A stretch of 64,000 nt of DNA, taken from positions 499,579-563,578 of the forward strand of contig NW_003314289.1 in the NCBI RefSeq assembly GCF_000143415.4, read 5' to 3'. Positions 38,811-51,524 of the stretch are shown piece after piece (the first letter of the stretch is position 1; every line of letters starts with the position of its first letter). Made by a program: the position numbers and the translations under genes. Origin of the DNA: Selaginella moellendorffii (lineage: Eukaryota; Plantae; Lycopodiophyta). The notes beneath the pieces are model-generated. The model saw nothing but the letters and a program-made list of their open reading frames with translations, was not told where the DNA came from and did not search any database.

Positions 38811-39695
38811 GGCCAGGCATTTGGCTGGGCACTCCGCCCGGGTAGGCCATCAGTACGCCGGCAAACCGGCACCCGCGCCAAGTGTTCGGGCCAGGCACTC
38901 AGCGCAGGGCTGGCAAAGGTGCTTGGGGGCAGGCCAGCCAAGGCACTTGGGGTTGGGCCAAATGCCTGTGCCAAATGCCCGTGCCGGGCATTTGGTGCGT
39001 GCCGGCAAATGCAATTGGGGGCGAGCACTCGGCGTAGGGCCAGCAAAGGCGCTTGGGGGTGGGCTGGCCAAGGCACTTAGGGGCGGGCTGGCCAACGCAC
39101 TTGGGGGCGGGCCAAATGCCCGTGCCAAATGCCTGCACTGGGCACTTGGACTTGGCACTTTGGGGAGGGCCAGTTCGCCGGCGAACCGGCGCTTGCGCCA
39201 AGTCTACACCCCAAAGTCCCTGCTTCTTATGCATTTTTAATTTATAATGAGTTTTTTTTATTTTCAGAAACGAAAGCAACTACAAAAAGAGAAGAATTTT
39301 GGATAAAAGAGAAGACATAAGGAAGATGAGATTCAGGATGACAATCAAGTTGACCTTTAGATAGAGATTTCCATAGTGACAACTTTGCCGTCTTCGCAAC
39401 CAAATATCTCTAGTCCACATGCACCCCCATTTTTGCCACACCGCCATCGATGCCACCACCACCATTACCACTACCACCACCTTCACCACCATTACCACCG
39501 CCACCACCTTCACCACTATTGCCACCTCTACCTTCATCACCACCATTACCACCACCGTCATCACCACCATTACCACCACTGCCATCATTGCCATTATTAC
39601 CACCACCACCACCAGCGTCACTACCATTGCATCCACAACCACAGATGCCACTATTCGCAAAATATGGCAGAAACTAACTACATTACGGAGTAGTG

Positions 39696-42600
39696 TGTGA
39701 GACACAAAATCCCTAGGCCCCAAAGTGGAGCCGAAAGGGTGCCATGTGGTAGTGGCCGAAGCGAAAGCCAAACAAGCATAATACGTTTGGACTAAAAGCT
39801 CTGACTTGAAAAGGTCAAGAGTGGGAGTGCAACTCCCAACAAAGTGCTTGAGGAACAAGCACGAGGTGAGCCATGAGTGAGTCTCTAAAAAAAGGGACAC
39901 AAGAGGACCAAAACATGACACGTGGAAGTGTTCGAGATGGAGTCCGAGGTGGAGTCCGAGGTGGAGTCTGAGGTGGAGTCTGAGGTGGACCCGAGATGGA
40001 CCCAAGATGACCCGAGATTGAGTCCGAGATGGACCCGAGATGGACCCGAGATGGAGTCCGAGATGGACCCGAGATGGACCCGAGATGGAGTTTGAGATGG
40101 AGTCTGAGATGGACCTGAGATGGAGTCTGAGATGGAGTCCGAGATGGACCCGAGATGGAGTTCAAGATGGAGTCTGAGATGGAGTCCAAGAAGGACCTGA
40201 GATGGAGTCCGAAGTTGAGACTGAGACCAAGACTGAGACCGGGACCGACATCGAGACCAGGACCAAGACCGAGACCAAGACCAGGACCGAGGCTGAGGCC
40301 AAGACCGAGACCGAGTCCACGTCCGAGTCTGAGTCTGAGTCCGAGTCCGAGTCCGAGTCCGAGTCCGAGTCCGAGTCCGAGTCCGAGTCCGAGTCCGAGT
40401 CCGAGTCCGAGTCCGAGTCCGAGTCCGAGTCCGAGTCTGGGTCCGAGTCCGAGTCCGAGTCCGAGTCTGAGTCTGAGTCTGAGTCTGAGTCCGAGTCCGA
40501 GTCTGAGAGGGTGAAAGCCCAAAGCGTTCGTCTCGCAAACCCTGGGGGGTATGGTGAGCTCCAAAAGTATAGTAGGGGGAGGACTCTAGTGGAGCCAATT
40601 TGGCCAGGAAAGGCCAGTTTGGACCAGGAAGGCTGCACTCAGGTGTTGGGTGATGGGATAACCATTGGGAAGTCCAAGACTAGAGTGAATACAGACCGGA
40701 AAGTGGGGTAGCTTAGTGAACTATTCAAGAGCCGGCTCTAGTTCCCCCAGGAGATCGACTGGCTGATGCTCCTAGTCCAAGTGTGGGTGGCACTACCTAC
40801 TTGGATACCTGGCATGGCTCAATGGAACCTCGCTCTAAGCTCATGGCTAGAGCACCTAAAGGCGAAAGGCGGGGAGAGTACCTATGAGGCCCACGTAGGG
40901 CCATAGTGTTCCGAAATGTTGTCCCAAAGTCCCAGTCTGTGGAAAGGAAGAAGAGTAGCCCTCTAGTGTGGTGACCAAGGACATAGTCACATAGTGAGGA
41001 AGTCCTAGAGGACAGTGGGACTTAGTGGTCAGGCCCGTGGGCCTTGATCCAGTGGTAGTGTTGGCAAACATGGCCAAGGATAGAAAGAGACTTGGTGGAG
41101 ACCAGAATGGAGATATTGGGGAAGGCTATTCCCCATGTCTGCAGGCATCTAAGGATGCTAAGGAGTGGATTTGGGATGACCACTCATGGGCGAAGGGCTC
41201 AATCTTGGAGAGATGGGATTGCAATGCAGGTCGTGTTAGACCACTGATGTGACCAAGGTGAATGAGCGTGGCTTAGCGTAACGGGCTCATATGTCAGTGG
41301 TACCTTGGGGTGTCGGTCATGGATTAGACATGTGGAGCACTTGGACCAAGTGCAAAGGTTGAGTGGCATGGATGCCATTCTCGGGGCTAGCAAGCCCCAA
41401 GTCCTGAATGGGACTTATGGAGGTTGTGAATGAGACTCCAAGTGGTCAGAAGTGCGGTTAAGTGACTAAAGTAGAATGGAAATATTTAGTTGCTTACAAC
41501 TTGGTATCGGAGCTATTCCTTAGTCTAACTTTTATTAGTGCTCAAATATATCACCATTGATATTGCCATTAGAAGGTCCTAGGAGTGGGCCTATCCTTGA
41601 GGAGTAGCATGTTGAGAGGATATGGCTCTCCCCTCAAATTCATGCATGAATTTGGGCGCGATGTGGTGGATAGAAAAGGGCCAGTAAGGGAACGACTTTG
41701 GGATTTTGGGAATAGTATAAGGGTTTCCTTAGAGAGTTGAGGATGTGATCCAGATGAGTGTTTGACTTAGCAAACTAGCTGATGGAGTTGTGGTAAACAA
41801 CTATAGTTGGGATCACAGGAAAGATGCAGACTCCAAAACAATAAAAGAGTCACAAGATTACCCTCATGTAGTTGAGGCTGGTGCTCATAAGTTTGAGACC
41901 GGAATTGATAACTGTGGGAAGTCAAATACAGGAGAGGACACAAGTCCTTGAAATAGTAGCCGGGGCTACCTCTAATAAATGTTGGAATAACCCAAGGAGT
42001 TGGGGGTGTACTCAGAGGATGAGTTGGTATTCTCATCACATGGACAAGTGGTCCTAAGGTTCAAAAGGTTGCCCCAAGAGAACAAATCAAGTGTCGAAGT
42101 AACACTTGCAAAGATGGTCCTTGTGAGTAGGACTTGAATACAAAAAGTTGTATTCTAGTGAGCGAGCACCTCAAAAGTAGGACCTCACGGGTTGTCGGAT
42201 GATAAAGTCCAAAAAGTTGAATGACTCAAATAGAGTCAAGGAATAATCATAAAGGAGTGATGGAAGCATTTGGACTGAGGTGTGTTGTACCCCATGAAGG
42301 ATGGGGGGGATCATAGGATCCAAGTATGAGAACAGAGGGTATTTCATTGAAGGCAGAATGTGCCATGCTAAAGTTGTGGGAAAGGTGTTCCCCAAAAGAA
42401 AGCAGCTTCGGCATAAAGTTGTGTGTAAACACTATGGTGTAGTGCCAACTGATAGTTGGCATAAAAGACAACCGTATTGGTCTTTGGCAAAGATCTAGAC
42501 ATAAGTAAGAAGTGTCATTGAGGTAGGCTCGTGGAGCTGATGGTGTGGAAACACCAAATGTGCCAAGGCGTGTTGCCTTGAGGTCAAGTTGGCGGGTTCG

Positions 42601-45600
42601 TGAGAACCCCTTCCAAAGGAATCCCAATGGAAATGGGAATGGCATAGCCTAAGTTAGAAGGCATGCGGTTAGAGTGTAGTGACCCAAATAATGATGGAGG
42701 TGTGGAAACACTAGCAAAGAGTTGTAAGATTTGACAACTATGAGGCAACTAAGCAAAAGGTGCAAAGTAATTGATTAAATTGGTAGAAGGTAACTATCTA
42801 AGACTTCTTATGGGGATAAGGAAGTTAGATATACCTTTACGGGGGAGAAACTACTTATGTTGCGAAATAGTAAGTTAATGTCGTAAAGGGAATGCTCATT
42901 ACCAAAGAAGGCCATCATTGGGACACCCAAACACTCTAAAACACCAGGAAGTGGTGTTTGGTGTCGCAAGGGCATTAGATAAGGCTCAAGGGACTAAGTC
43001 CTTAGCGAATGATGGATAGGAGGTGCTATCCAAATGTCTAAGGTTTCTAGAGATGGGAGAAATCCGTCTACCCGATTTGGACAAAGCCAAAAATCAGATT
43101 TTGGCAAGGCTAGTGATGGGCATATAGAAGCCTATAAATAACAATGTTAATCCTAGTGTGTGGGATTATAAGGTGAGCATGCCTAGATTGAGGAACCACT
43201 CCCTAAGCTATTTGGTAAATTCATCCCTATGAATATTTGCTAAGGCATGGTAGAAGGTGCAAAGCTATCCTCTTAGTCTGGAGGAGAATAACCAAAAGAA
43301 ACATGTGAGGGCAAAAGGCAAGTAGTAAAGGGATAGAATCAAACCATAGGAAGCGAAGGGCATAACCTAGGGTGGTTATGCAAGGTGGGAGTGGAGAATC
43401 AAATAGGTGCTCGAGTGTGTTGCTGCTAGCAACTGTGATACCATAGAGAGTCTAAAGTATGGAATTGTCCATGCTAAACCATATGGCAATTAGAAAGCTT
43501 GCGAAAGGAGAGGCCTTAGCAAGCTAAGGGACAGAGTTCCTTCAAGGTTCCCAAAGACAATTCAAGGTAATGTAGTATCTAGAAAGCCAAGTGTAAATGG
43601 TTCATAAAATGCGCAAAATCAGAGTGGCATAGCAAAAGTGTGGTCTTGAAGCTTGCCATAAAGCAATGCTATCAAGGTTGGGGAAGTAGTTCCCGAGTGT
43701 TCAAAGGGATGACTTTGAACGAAAGTCGATGGTCAAGGACTTTCACGCTTATGCATGAAACCATGTTACATTAGTCGGATGACTTGCTAAGCGAGAGTGG
43801 CAAGTCAGAGGAACGAATCCCCTAGTTGAAGGTGCTAACTTCAAAAGGGGTGGCCCATGGGGCCAAGTATGGAGGAGTCCATGTATGATCATAGACTTAT
43901 CAAATGAGAGGACTTGGCAATTTAGAGGGACTAGGTTCCTAAGCTATGATCCGTAGCATGCTTTGGAAATAAATTGGTGCACCGGCGTGGGGAGTCACGC
44001 TAGGCATCTTGGATGATGCCTTTCATAGATGCATATACGGAGGTTGGGTTCGAGTCCCAACCCTCTAGTGCTTGGGTTCGAGTCCCAAATCACTAGGGCA
44101 TGGTGATGGTTTGGAATATGAGGACACTCATATTTTGGTGGTCATGGACTCTCAATGAGGAGATTGGCTTGGGCACACCGCCAAGTTGGGGATGCCCTGG
44201 AGTCGTGATGCACGGTTAGATTATTTAGAGTGAAAGCTCGGCATATCTAACTTGAACACTTTGGTGCAAAGGGCACCAAGGACGTGGTGAATGAGATGGG
44301 GACACCCAGTTTCAATTGCTATGGATCCTTGGCCGGAAGGGCTGGCTTAGGCGCATCGCCAAGTGTGGGGGATGCCCCCGGGGTCATAGTCAACAAATAA
44401 AAAAAAAAAAAAAGGTCTGGAAGACCTAGTTCTTATTGGTGGATCTGATAAGGGGTCAAGATGAGATCATTAAGTGATCTTATGGCTAAACAAGGACAAA
44501 GTCTTTGTTTGGGTTAAGGAATATGATTCTTAGTTCAAAATATTGATTTGAACTATTGATAATGGTATGACTTGGTCAAGGTGACCAAGTGGGAAGGACA
44601 CCTAAAGGGAAATCAATTATGCTAATACGATGGTATAGTAAGTCCAAGAAAGTAGTCTCTAGGAGAGACCCATGGGAGGGTCGCACAAGTTGGGCCGTGG
44701 ATGGAGCCCGTAGCAGAAAATGCTAAAAAGACCTACTAGGGGTGAGCACCCTCTGGACTTAGCAAAGTAGAGTTTTTGCCATAGAACCGAAAGGATATCT
44801 CGAGAATGGAGGTAGTGATCTGATGTTGCTGGGTGCAGCAATCAAGGATAAGAGCAAAAGACTAGTGGCTAAGAAAAGAGCCATGGGAATCATGGGAAAG
44901 AGTCCAAAATGCAAAGTTAGGCCAAGAACACTAATATGTTGGGTGCTAATGAATTGTGGGAAAGGCAATGCATTTCCATGGATGGATTCCCAATTGCTCC
45001 GATTTGGCGAAAGGAGAAGCTCAAAGGCAGGGAGCGGTAAAGTAGCCAAATGATAGGGACGTGGACAACCCTAGCATGAATTAGGATAATTGGAACTTAG
45101 TGCCAAAGGTTGCACAAAATGGGAAAGAGGATGATGGTGCTCTCAAATAGAGAACTTCCAAAGATGGGAAGTGGAGTTGCGCAATATGTGCAATGCAAGG
45201 TGTCGGAGACACTTAGGAAATTGACTTTGACAAGTCAAATTTAAAAGTTCTAGAGTGCGAGTATATATCAATGGGAACTGATGCTACTCAGGAGTGAGTA
45301 GTGGGATTGAGATAGAAGAGGTGCCTCTAATAGGTTTAGCAAGAACTAAACCAATGAAAGGGAAAGAACCACCATAGGTGGTCGATTGAGTCTCTATATC
45401 AGAGAGGTTATGCGCCTTAGAGGATGGAGAAGGCATGGTGAGCCTTCAGTGTCATACCATTGACGAATATTGGCTAGGTGCTAAGGATGGAAAGGGTAAT
45501 ACATGTTGGTGTTACTTTATAAAAATGGTTTACCGTTCGATGAGGACATCGAACTTCATCTATGGGTGGTGGAGTTGTGAGACACAAAATCCCTAGGCCC

Positions 45601-47170
45601 CAAAGTGGAGCCAAAAGGGCACCATGTGGTAGTGGCTAAAGCAAAAGCTAAACGAGCATAACACATTTGGACTAAAAACTCTAACTTGAAAAGGTCGAGA
45701 GTGGGAGTGGAACTCCCAACGAAGTGCTTGAGGAACAAGCACGAGGTGAGCCATGAGTGAGTCTCTAGAAAAGGGGACACAAGAGGACCAAAACATGACA
45801 CGTGGAAGTGTCCGAAATGGAGTCCAAGGTGGAGTTTGAGATGGAGTCCGAGATGGAGTCCGAGGTGGAGTCCGAGGTGGACCCGAGATGGACCCAAGAT
45901 GGACCTGAGATTGAGTTCGAGATGGACCCGAGATGGACCCGAGATGGAGTCCGAGATGGAGTCCGAGATGGAGTCCGAGATGGACCTGAAATGGAATCCG
46001 AGATGGAGTCTGAGAAGGACCCGAGATGGAGTCCGAAGTCAAGATCAAGACCAAGACCGAGACCGAGACCGGGACCGAGACCGGGACCAAGACCAAGACC
46101 GGGACCGAGCCCGAGTCCGAGTCCGAGTCCGAGTCCGAGTCCGAGTTCGAGTCCAAGTCCAAGTTTGAGTCTGAGAGGGTGAAAGCCCAAAGCGTTTGTC
46201 TCTCAGACCCTAGGGGGTTTGGTGAGCTCCAAAAGTATAGTAGGGGGAGGACTCCAGTGGAGCCAGTTTGGCCAGGAAAGGCTAGTTTGGACCAGGAAGG
46301 CTGCACCCAGGTGTTGGGTGATAGGATAACCACTGGGAAGTCCAAAATTAGAGTGAATACGGACCAGCAAGTGGGGTAGCTTGGTGAAGTGTTCAAGAGC
46401 TGGCTCTAGTTCCCCCGGGATATCGACTGGCCGATGCTTCCAGTCCAAGTGTGGGTGGCACTACCTACTTAGATACCTGGTGTGGCTCAATGGAACCTCG
46501 CTCTAAGCCAATGGCTAGAGCACCTAAAGGCGGAAGGCGGGGAGAGTACCTATAAGGCCCGTGTAGGGCCACGGTGTTCCGAAATGTTATCCCAAAGTCC
46601 CAGTCTGTGAAAAGGAAGAGGAGTAACCCTCTGGTGTGGTGACCAAGGACATAGTCACATAGTGAGGAAGTCCTAGAGGACAGTGGGACTTAGTGGTCAG
46701 GCCCGTGGGCCTTGATCCAGTGGCAGTGTTGGCAAACATGGCCAAGGATAGAAAGAGACTTGGTGGAGACCAGAATGGAGATATTGGGGAAGGCTATTCC
46801 CCATGTTTGCGGGCATCCTAAGGATGCTAAGGAGTGGATCTGGGATGACCACTCATGGGCGAATGACTCAATCTTGGAGAGATGGGATTGCAATGCAGGT
46901 GGTGTTAGACCACCGATGTGACCAAGGTGAATGAGCGTGGCCTAGTGTAACGGGCTCATATGTCGGTGGTACCTTGGGGTGTCAGTCATGGATTAGACAT
47001 GTGGAGCACTTGGACCAAGTGCAAAGGTTGAGTGGCATGGATGCCATTCTCAGGGCTAGCAAACCCCAAGTCCTGAATGGGACTTATGGAGGTTGTGAAT
47101 GAGACTCCTCCAAGTGGTCAGAGATGCGGTTAAGTGACTAAAGTAGAATGGAAAAATTTAGTTGCTTACA
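39696..47170 (+). mobile_element. Complete non-autonomous LTR retrotransposon (LARD-like); LTRs 39696-41498 and 45576-47170
   Basis: TG...CA LTRs, perfect TSD tagtg (39691-39695 and 47171-47175), PBS tggtatcggagc (tRNA-iMet type) at 41502 and PPT tatgggtggtggagt. The 4.1-kb interior has no long ORF. Confidence 0.95.
39930..40505 (+). repeat. (GAGTCC)n / (GAGATGGACCC)n arrays in the 5' LTR
   Basis: Long hexamer array at 40313-40505. Shorter equivalent at 45815-46172 in the 3' LTR and, inverted, at 28820-29045. Confidence 0.9.
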
Positions 47171-50100
47171 TAGTGCCCAAGTGTGCTTGACAGGGGTGTT
47201 GGGCCCGAGCCTAGGGCTAGATCTGATAATAGTGCTACTGAAGGTGTAGCTGAAGCTGAAAGAGAAGTGGAGCTACCTGAACACATTGTCAACAAGCACT
47301 TCCAAGAGACAATTTTGAGAACTAAAGAGAAGGCCATTCACACGACTCTGGAGTCTCTCAAGTGGGAAGGCCCAAGAGACATGATCCGAGAAATCCCACT
47401 ATGTCGATTCACTCAGACAAGCATCGTTCGGTCTGCTTCACCGCACTTTATCAACATGGACATCTATAGTCTGTACAAACAGAATGGCCTTGGGACAAAC
47501 ATAGATATGTTCCTTGTTTCGGTCTTCAAGCCAGGAACTACAAATACCCTCTCGGTGTCACTGGAAATCGAGAGGGTTTGGGATGACATTTGGAAAATGA
47601 AGTCCCGCAAATTTGACAACATGCTTATGAGCCATTCTGAGACTCAACAATTTGTGGGGAAAATGTTCTACATTATCGACGGGAATCATTGCTAGTGTGC
47701 GTGGATGAAGTGCATCAATGAATGCTTCTAAGATGATCCTGTCTATCACATCAATGTTCCAATTGGACATGTACACGTGAGAGAATCTTTAGATGTGGCA
47801 AGGCTTGTGATAGCTTGCCACAAAACTAATGTGTAAGTACCTCTCCCTCTTCAATCACTTTTAAGAATTTGTGTTTTGCAGGTTGGGATAGTTTGTAATG
47901 CAGAAACAAAGCGTAGTACATGATATTTAGCAGATCCGGTTTCTTGCCAATCTCGACAAGGGTGCAGCCGCAGCCACTATGGTGATGATTTAGCATCACT
48001 TATTCGGCATCAACGAGGTCGTCAAGATGCCAATAGATGGTACAAGAATCCAGTGGCTTTTATGATAGCTGTGTGGAGTAAGGTATGTTCTTCCAAGTAT
48101 ACTTCTTATCATAGAATGTTTGTGTTATCTTCAGCCATTGGTGAAGGTTAAGCAAGATGCATATGCACAATCACATCGAGTTGAAAATGATCAAGAACTC
48201 TTGGAGCATTTAGCTGCAATTGACAAGAAAATCAACAACACAAAGAAGACAAAGGTAAAGAAATTACTTAGTGTGGCTGACCCTCGACGCCCAAAGGAGT
48301 GGTTTGATATTATAACAGAGATTGCTTGTCATGAAAGTAAGTATTGTTTGTGTTTACATGAAGGTTACAAACAAAAGTTATTTCTTAGTGGGCAAGACTC
48401 CAGATGAGATTATTTACAACATCTCAAAGTCAAAGCTTATATATGAGGAACAGATACACATTCTGAACGACCTCAATAGCAGACTCAGGGAAGGAGAAAA
48501 AGGTTTGGACAGTATGATGGAGACTGTGATGAGGAGGACCATCTACATTTCACAAATTGTATATGAAGGGGAGATGTTTCTAGTGCCTTTCATAGGGGAA
48601 TGATCCTAAGCAGCTTCCATTCAAGGACTTCATCACCATTGAGCTTACAAGACTCGGAGAGGACTAGTTGCCAAAGAAGGCCACAAGCACGACTCCATTT
48701 GATAAATAACTTGGCCAACCTTACTTCATGCGTCGAGCGGCTTTTATATAACATACAATTTCTCAACTATACTTAATTTATTTATATTTTATTATAGGTA
48801 TCTCCAATATAGAGGTGTTCCTCTCAAAACACCGGTATGCACACGACTCCTGAGGTATGGTGTGAGAGATGGAGGCATGTACCCGACAACAATGAAATTT
48901 CCAGCACCAATAAAGCGAGTTTGTCCTTGGGAATTGGAGATGCCAGATTATACACTAACCCACCAAGAGGCTGCAAGAGGCAACAATGAGGATGTGCCGA
49001 GATGATGGCCATGAGAATGTTGACACTGTTGGTGCCAATGGCGAGGAGAGTGAAGATGGCAGTGAGAACAACTTGCAAGAAATTCCTCCAGACGAAGTCT
49101 AGCAAGAGAACCAGAATGTCAAAGAAGTTCTATCTCGACGAAAGCGTGCAAATCCACATTTGGAGGAATTAGTTAACAATGATGATGATCGTCCAAGACA
49201 TCCCCGTAACCGAGGAACTTCTCGAAATATATTTCTTTTAATTCTCTCCTTTTCTTAGTTCCTCAAAATGGTTACAGCAAAAACTATCGGGAGTAACTTC
49301 ATTCCAGCTCGTCTTGATGCTCAAGAAGAGGACTTGGAGGAACTTACATCTACCACACACCACATGACGGTATGTAAATTTTTCTTAAGTTCAAATCTTA
49401 TCTTTGTCTTCTCCCCCTAGATTGGCCTTGTTTCTCCAGTGGCATTCCGTGGTGAAGTTGGGATCTTTATTAGCTCTTACAGTTCATTCATGGCATCTTT
49501 TGAGGAGGATGCTGAGAATATGGCTATCTGGCAAAAGTGGGAGCACTTTTGTTAGAAGATCCATAGGCGACCACTCAAGAGCACAAACTTCATGCTCTTT
49601 GACATGCCAGATGGTCTTCCAGACCCTAATGGTGATGTCCCAAGTTGGAACAACCTGACTAAAGACCATTTGCAGGATGCATTCCTTTTGGCAGCAATTC
49701 TCCTTCACACAACCGATCAAGTTGCCTTCATTCTCCCAAATGACCCCCATTGGATGTCCTGCCTTATGAGGTATGCAAGTTGAGTCAACTTCAAGAGGTT
49801 CTCTTCCGGGTGCATCATGGATAGTGTTGGGGTCGAGACAAAAGGTGTCTTAGGCATGCCAGAGAAGGTAAGAAATCATCTTCTATTTTTGTTGTTTCTA
49901 AAGTTTTATTATTCAGGTTATGATGTGGACCTACCATGCGTTCTGCAGAAGAGAAAATGACGGTTTTCGTGATAACGAGCATGCTGCAAGGGTTTTGCCA
50001 TTGTATGATAGCTTTACTGACATCATACCAAATCTCGTAGATGACGACATCCGCAACACATTGTCTGGGTATTGGTTCCAATCTCCATCGGCAATGCATG

Positions 50101-50707
50101 TCCTATTTGAGCTTTATTGCCCAACTAGGGGTGTTGTCATCGATTACATAGCAGGTAGTGGTTTGATGGTCGAAGCAGCACATGACTCTGGTAAATTGGT
50201 GTTTGCGATTGAAGAATATGAGTTCTTCAAACGCCATCTTAGAGGTTTTCGTCCTTCTCTATCAGTTGCTTCTAGGAGGTAATTTATGATGTTTTAAAAA
50301 CTTATAAATAATATTTATTTAGTTTTCTAGAAGTCTTTCTAGGTATGCATGGCACATCATATGCAATGTGTAAATTGAGGAGTGGTATGAAAAATCTATT
50401 TATTAATGATACATTAAAAGAAAATTGAATGCATCCACTTGCAATGAAAAAGATATGTCACATGTCAATGTGATAATGATTGTGACATTGATAGTGTCAG
50501 TGTAGCAGATAGCGACAGTGATAGTGTCAGTGACAGAGACAGTGTCAGTGTTAGAGATGACAAAGTTACAGTGTCAGTCTGTCAAATTTTAGTATTATCA
50601 ATTTATTATCTATAGGTAATACAATTTTGTTAATAAAAAAAAGGCTAGAGGGGGGGGGGGGGGGATGGATAATATCATAGTGTAAGAATTATTAGTGGCT
50701 AGAATTT

Positions 50708-51256
50708 TTAGTAGGATGGCCTAAAAATACCATATTCAGCACTTGTGGATGTAGGATTTACTAACAGAATATTGTTTCTCATCATGAAATGATAATGATT
50801 GTGTGTTCTTAACTCTTTCTTGATTTTTTTATACATCCATTTATGCACACCTTCCACACCAGTTTTTGGGCAGTTGTGATAGTGTTCTAGAAATTTTTTT
50901 TGACCCATACAGCCTTCCGTTTTATCTAAATAAAAGTAGCAGATGGGACATTGGAGATAATATGTGTTCATTATTTCAAAAGTTTTAGCCATATCGGGAG
51001 TAAGATCTTGAAGAAACATTTGGCATTGCTCTTGAAGCACATGAAGCAATCCATCTTTAGTAGCAACATCTAGAACATTATCTGGAAGAGGGATCTCTTG
51101 TTCAGTCACACTTGGGGCTACAAAAGAAAAAACCTCACAACAATTGTTATGTAGAGGAAAGGGTGGAATGTTGGTAGAAGTTAGAGACGAAGGTGGAGAC
51201 TCATATGAAATGCATGAGGGTCAAGTGCGAGTAGCAATAGCATTTTCCCTAGCCAT
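50708..51256 (-). pseudogene. Small Zn-finger-like protein, paralogue A (early in-frame stop)
   Basis: CPIC...FLEHYHNC motif; colinear with 51525-52055; TGA at codon 12. Confidence 0.65.
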
Positions 51257-51524
51257 TCCTACACTCTAAACAAACTGAAATTTCAATGTTGAAAGCATCC
51301 CTTGTCGATATTTATACTAAGAAAAGATCTAGGGGTTCTTGAAAGTTTAAATTGTCAGTCTCAAAAATAGGACTTTAGAATTATAACAGTGTTAGAACCA
51401 CTTGTATATATAATAATATCTTTATACATGCTAGAATAATATCATTCTTGAAAATATAAGATTCTCCACTTTACTCATAAAGAATTAAACTTTTGAAAAA
51501 ATTATGCATGACTTTCACATTATA

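Larger units (their letters stand above)
35778..50282 (+). pseudogene. Multi-exon ParB-like + beta-class amino-DNA-methyltransferase fusion gene (decayed; interrupted by hAT and LTR insertions)
   Basis: Exon 1 MPPK|GTAAGT splices to KRKQ at 39268, followed by a Pro-rich linker. The frame continues across the LTR TSD. FYIIDGNH(C)*CAW near 47665-47705, FMLFDMPDG near 49590-49615, and LFELYCPTRGVVIDYIAGSGLMVEAAHDSGKLVFAIEE at 50100-50220. Confidence 0.72.

Noticed and set aside
38528-39320. Ala/Pro/Gly-rich ORFs on both strands
   Set aside because: They arise from GC-rich minisatellite sequence in an intron.
39376-39700. Poly-Pro/His/Thr ORFs as a stand-alone extensin or His-rich protein
   Set aside because: This is a low-complexity CCA-rich tract, better explained as the linker exon of the ParB-MTase gene.
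39815-40711. ORFs with SDSD/ESES/PSPS/LGLG/RTRT repeats (also 45556-46396 and 28589-29047)
   Set aside because: They are translations of a stop-free hexamer microsatellite within LTRs, open in most frames. They are not genes, and not a CRISPR array since there are no unique spacers.
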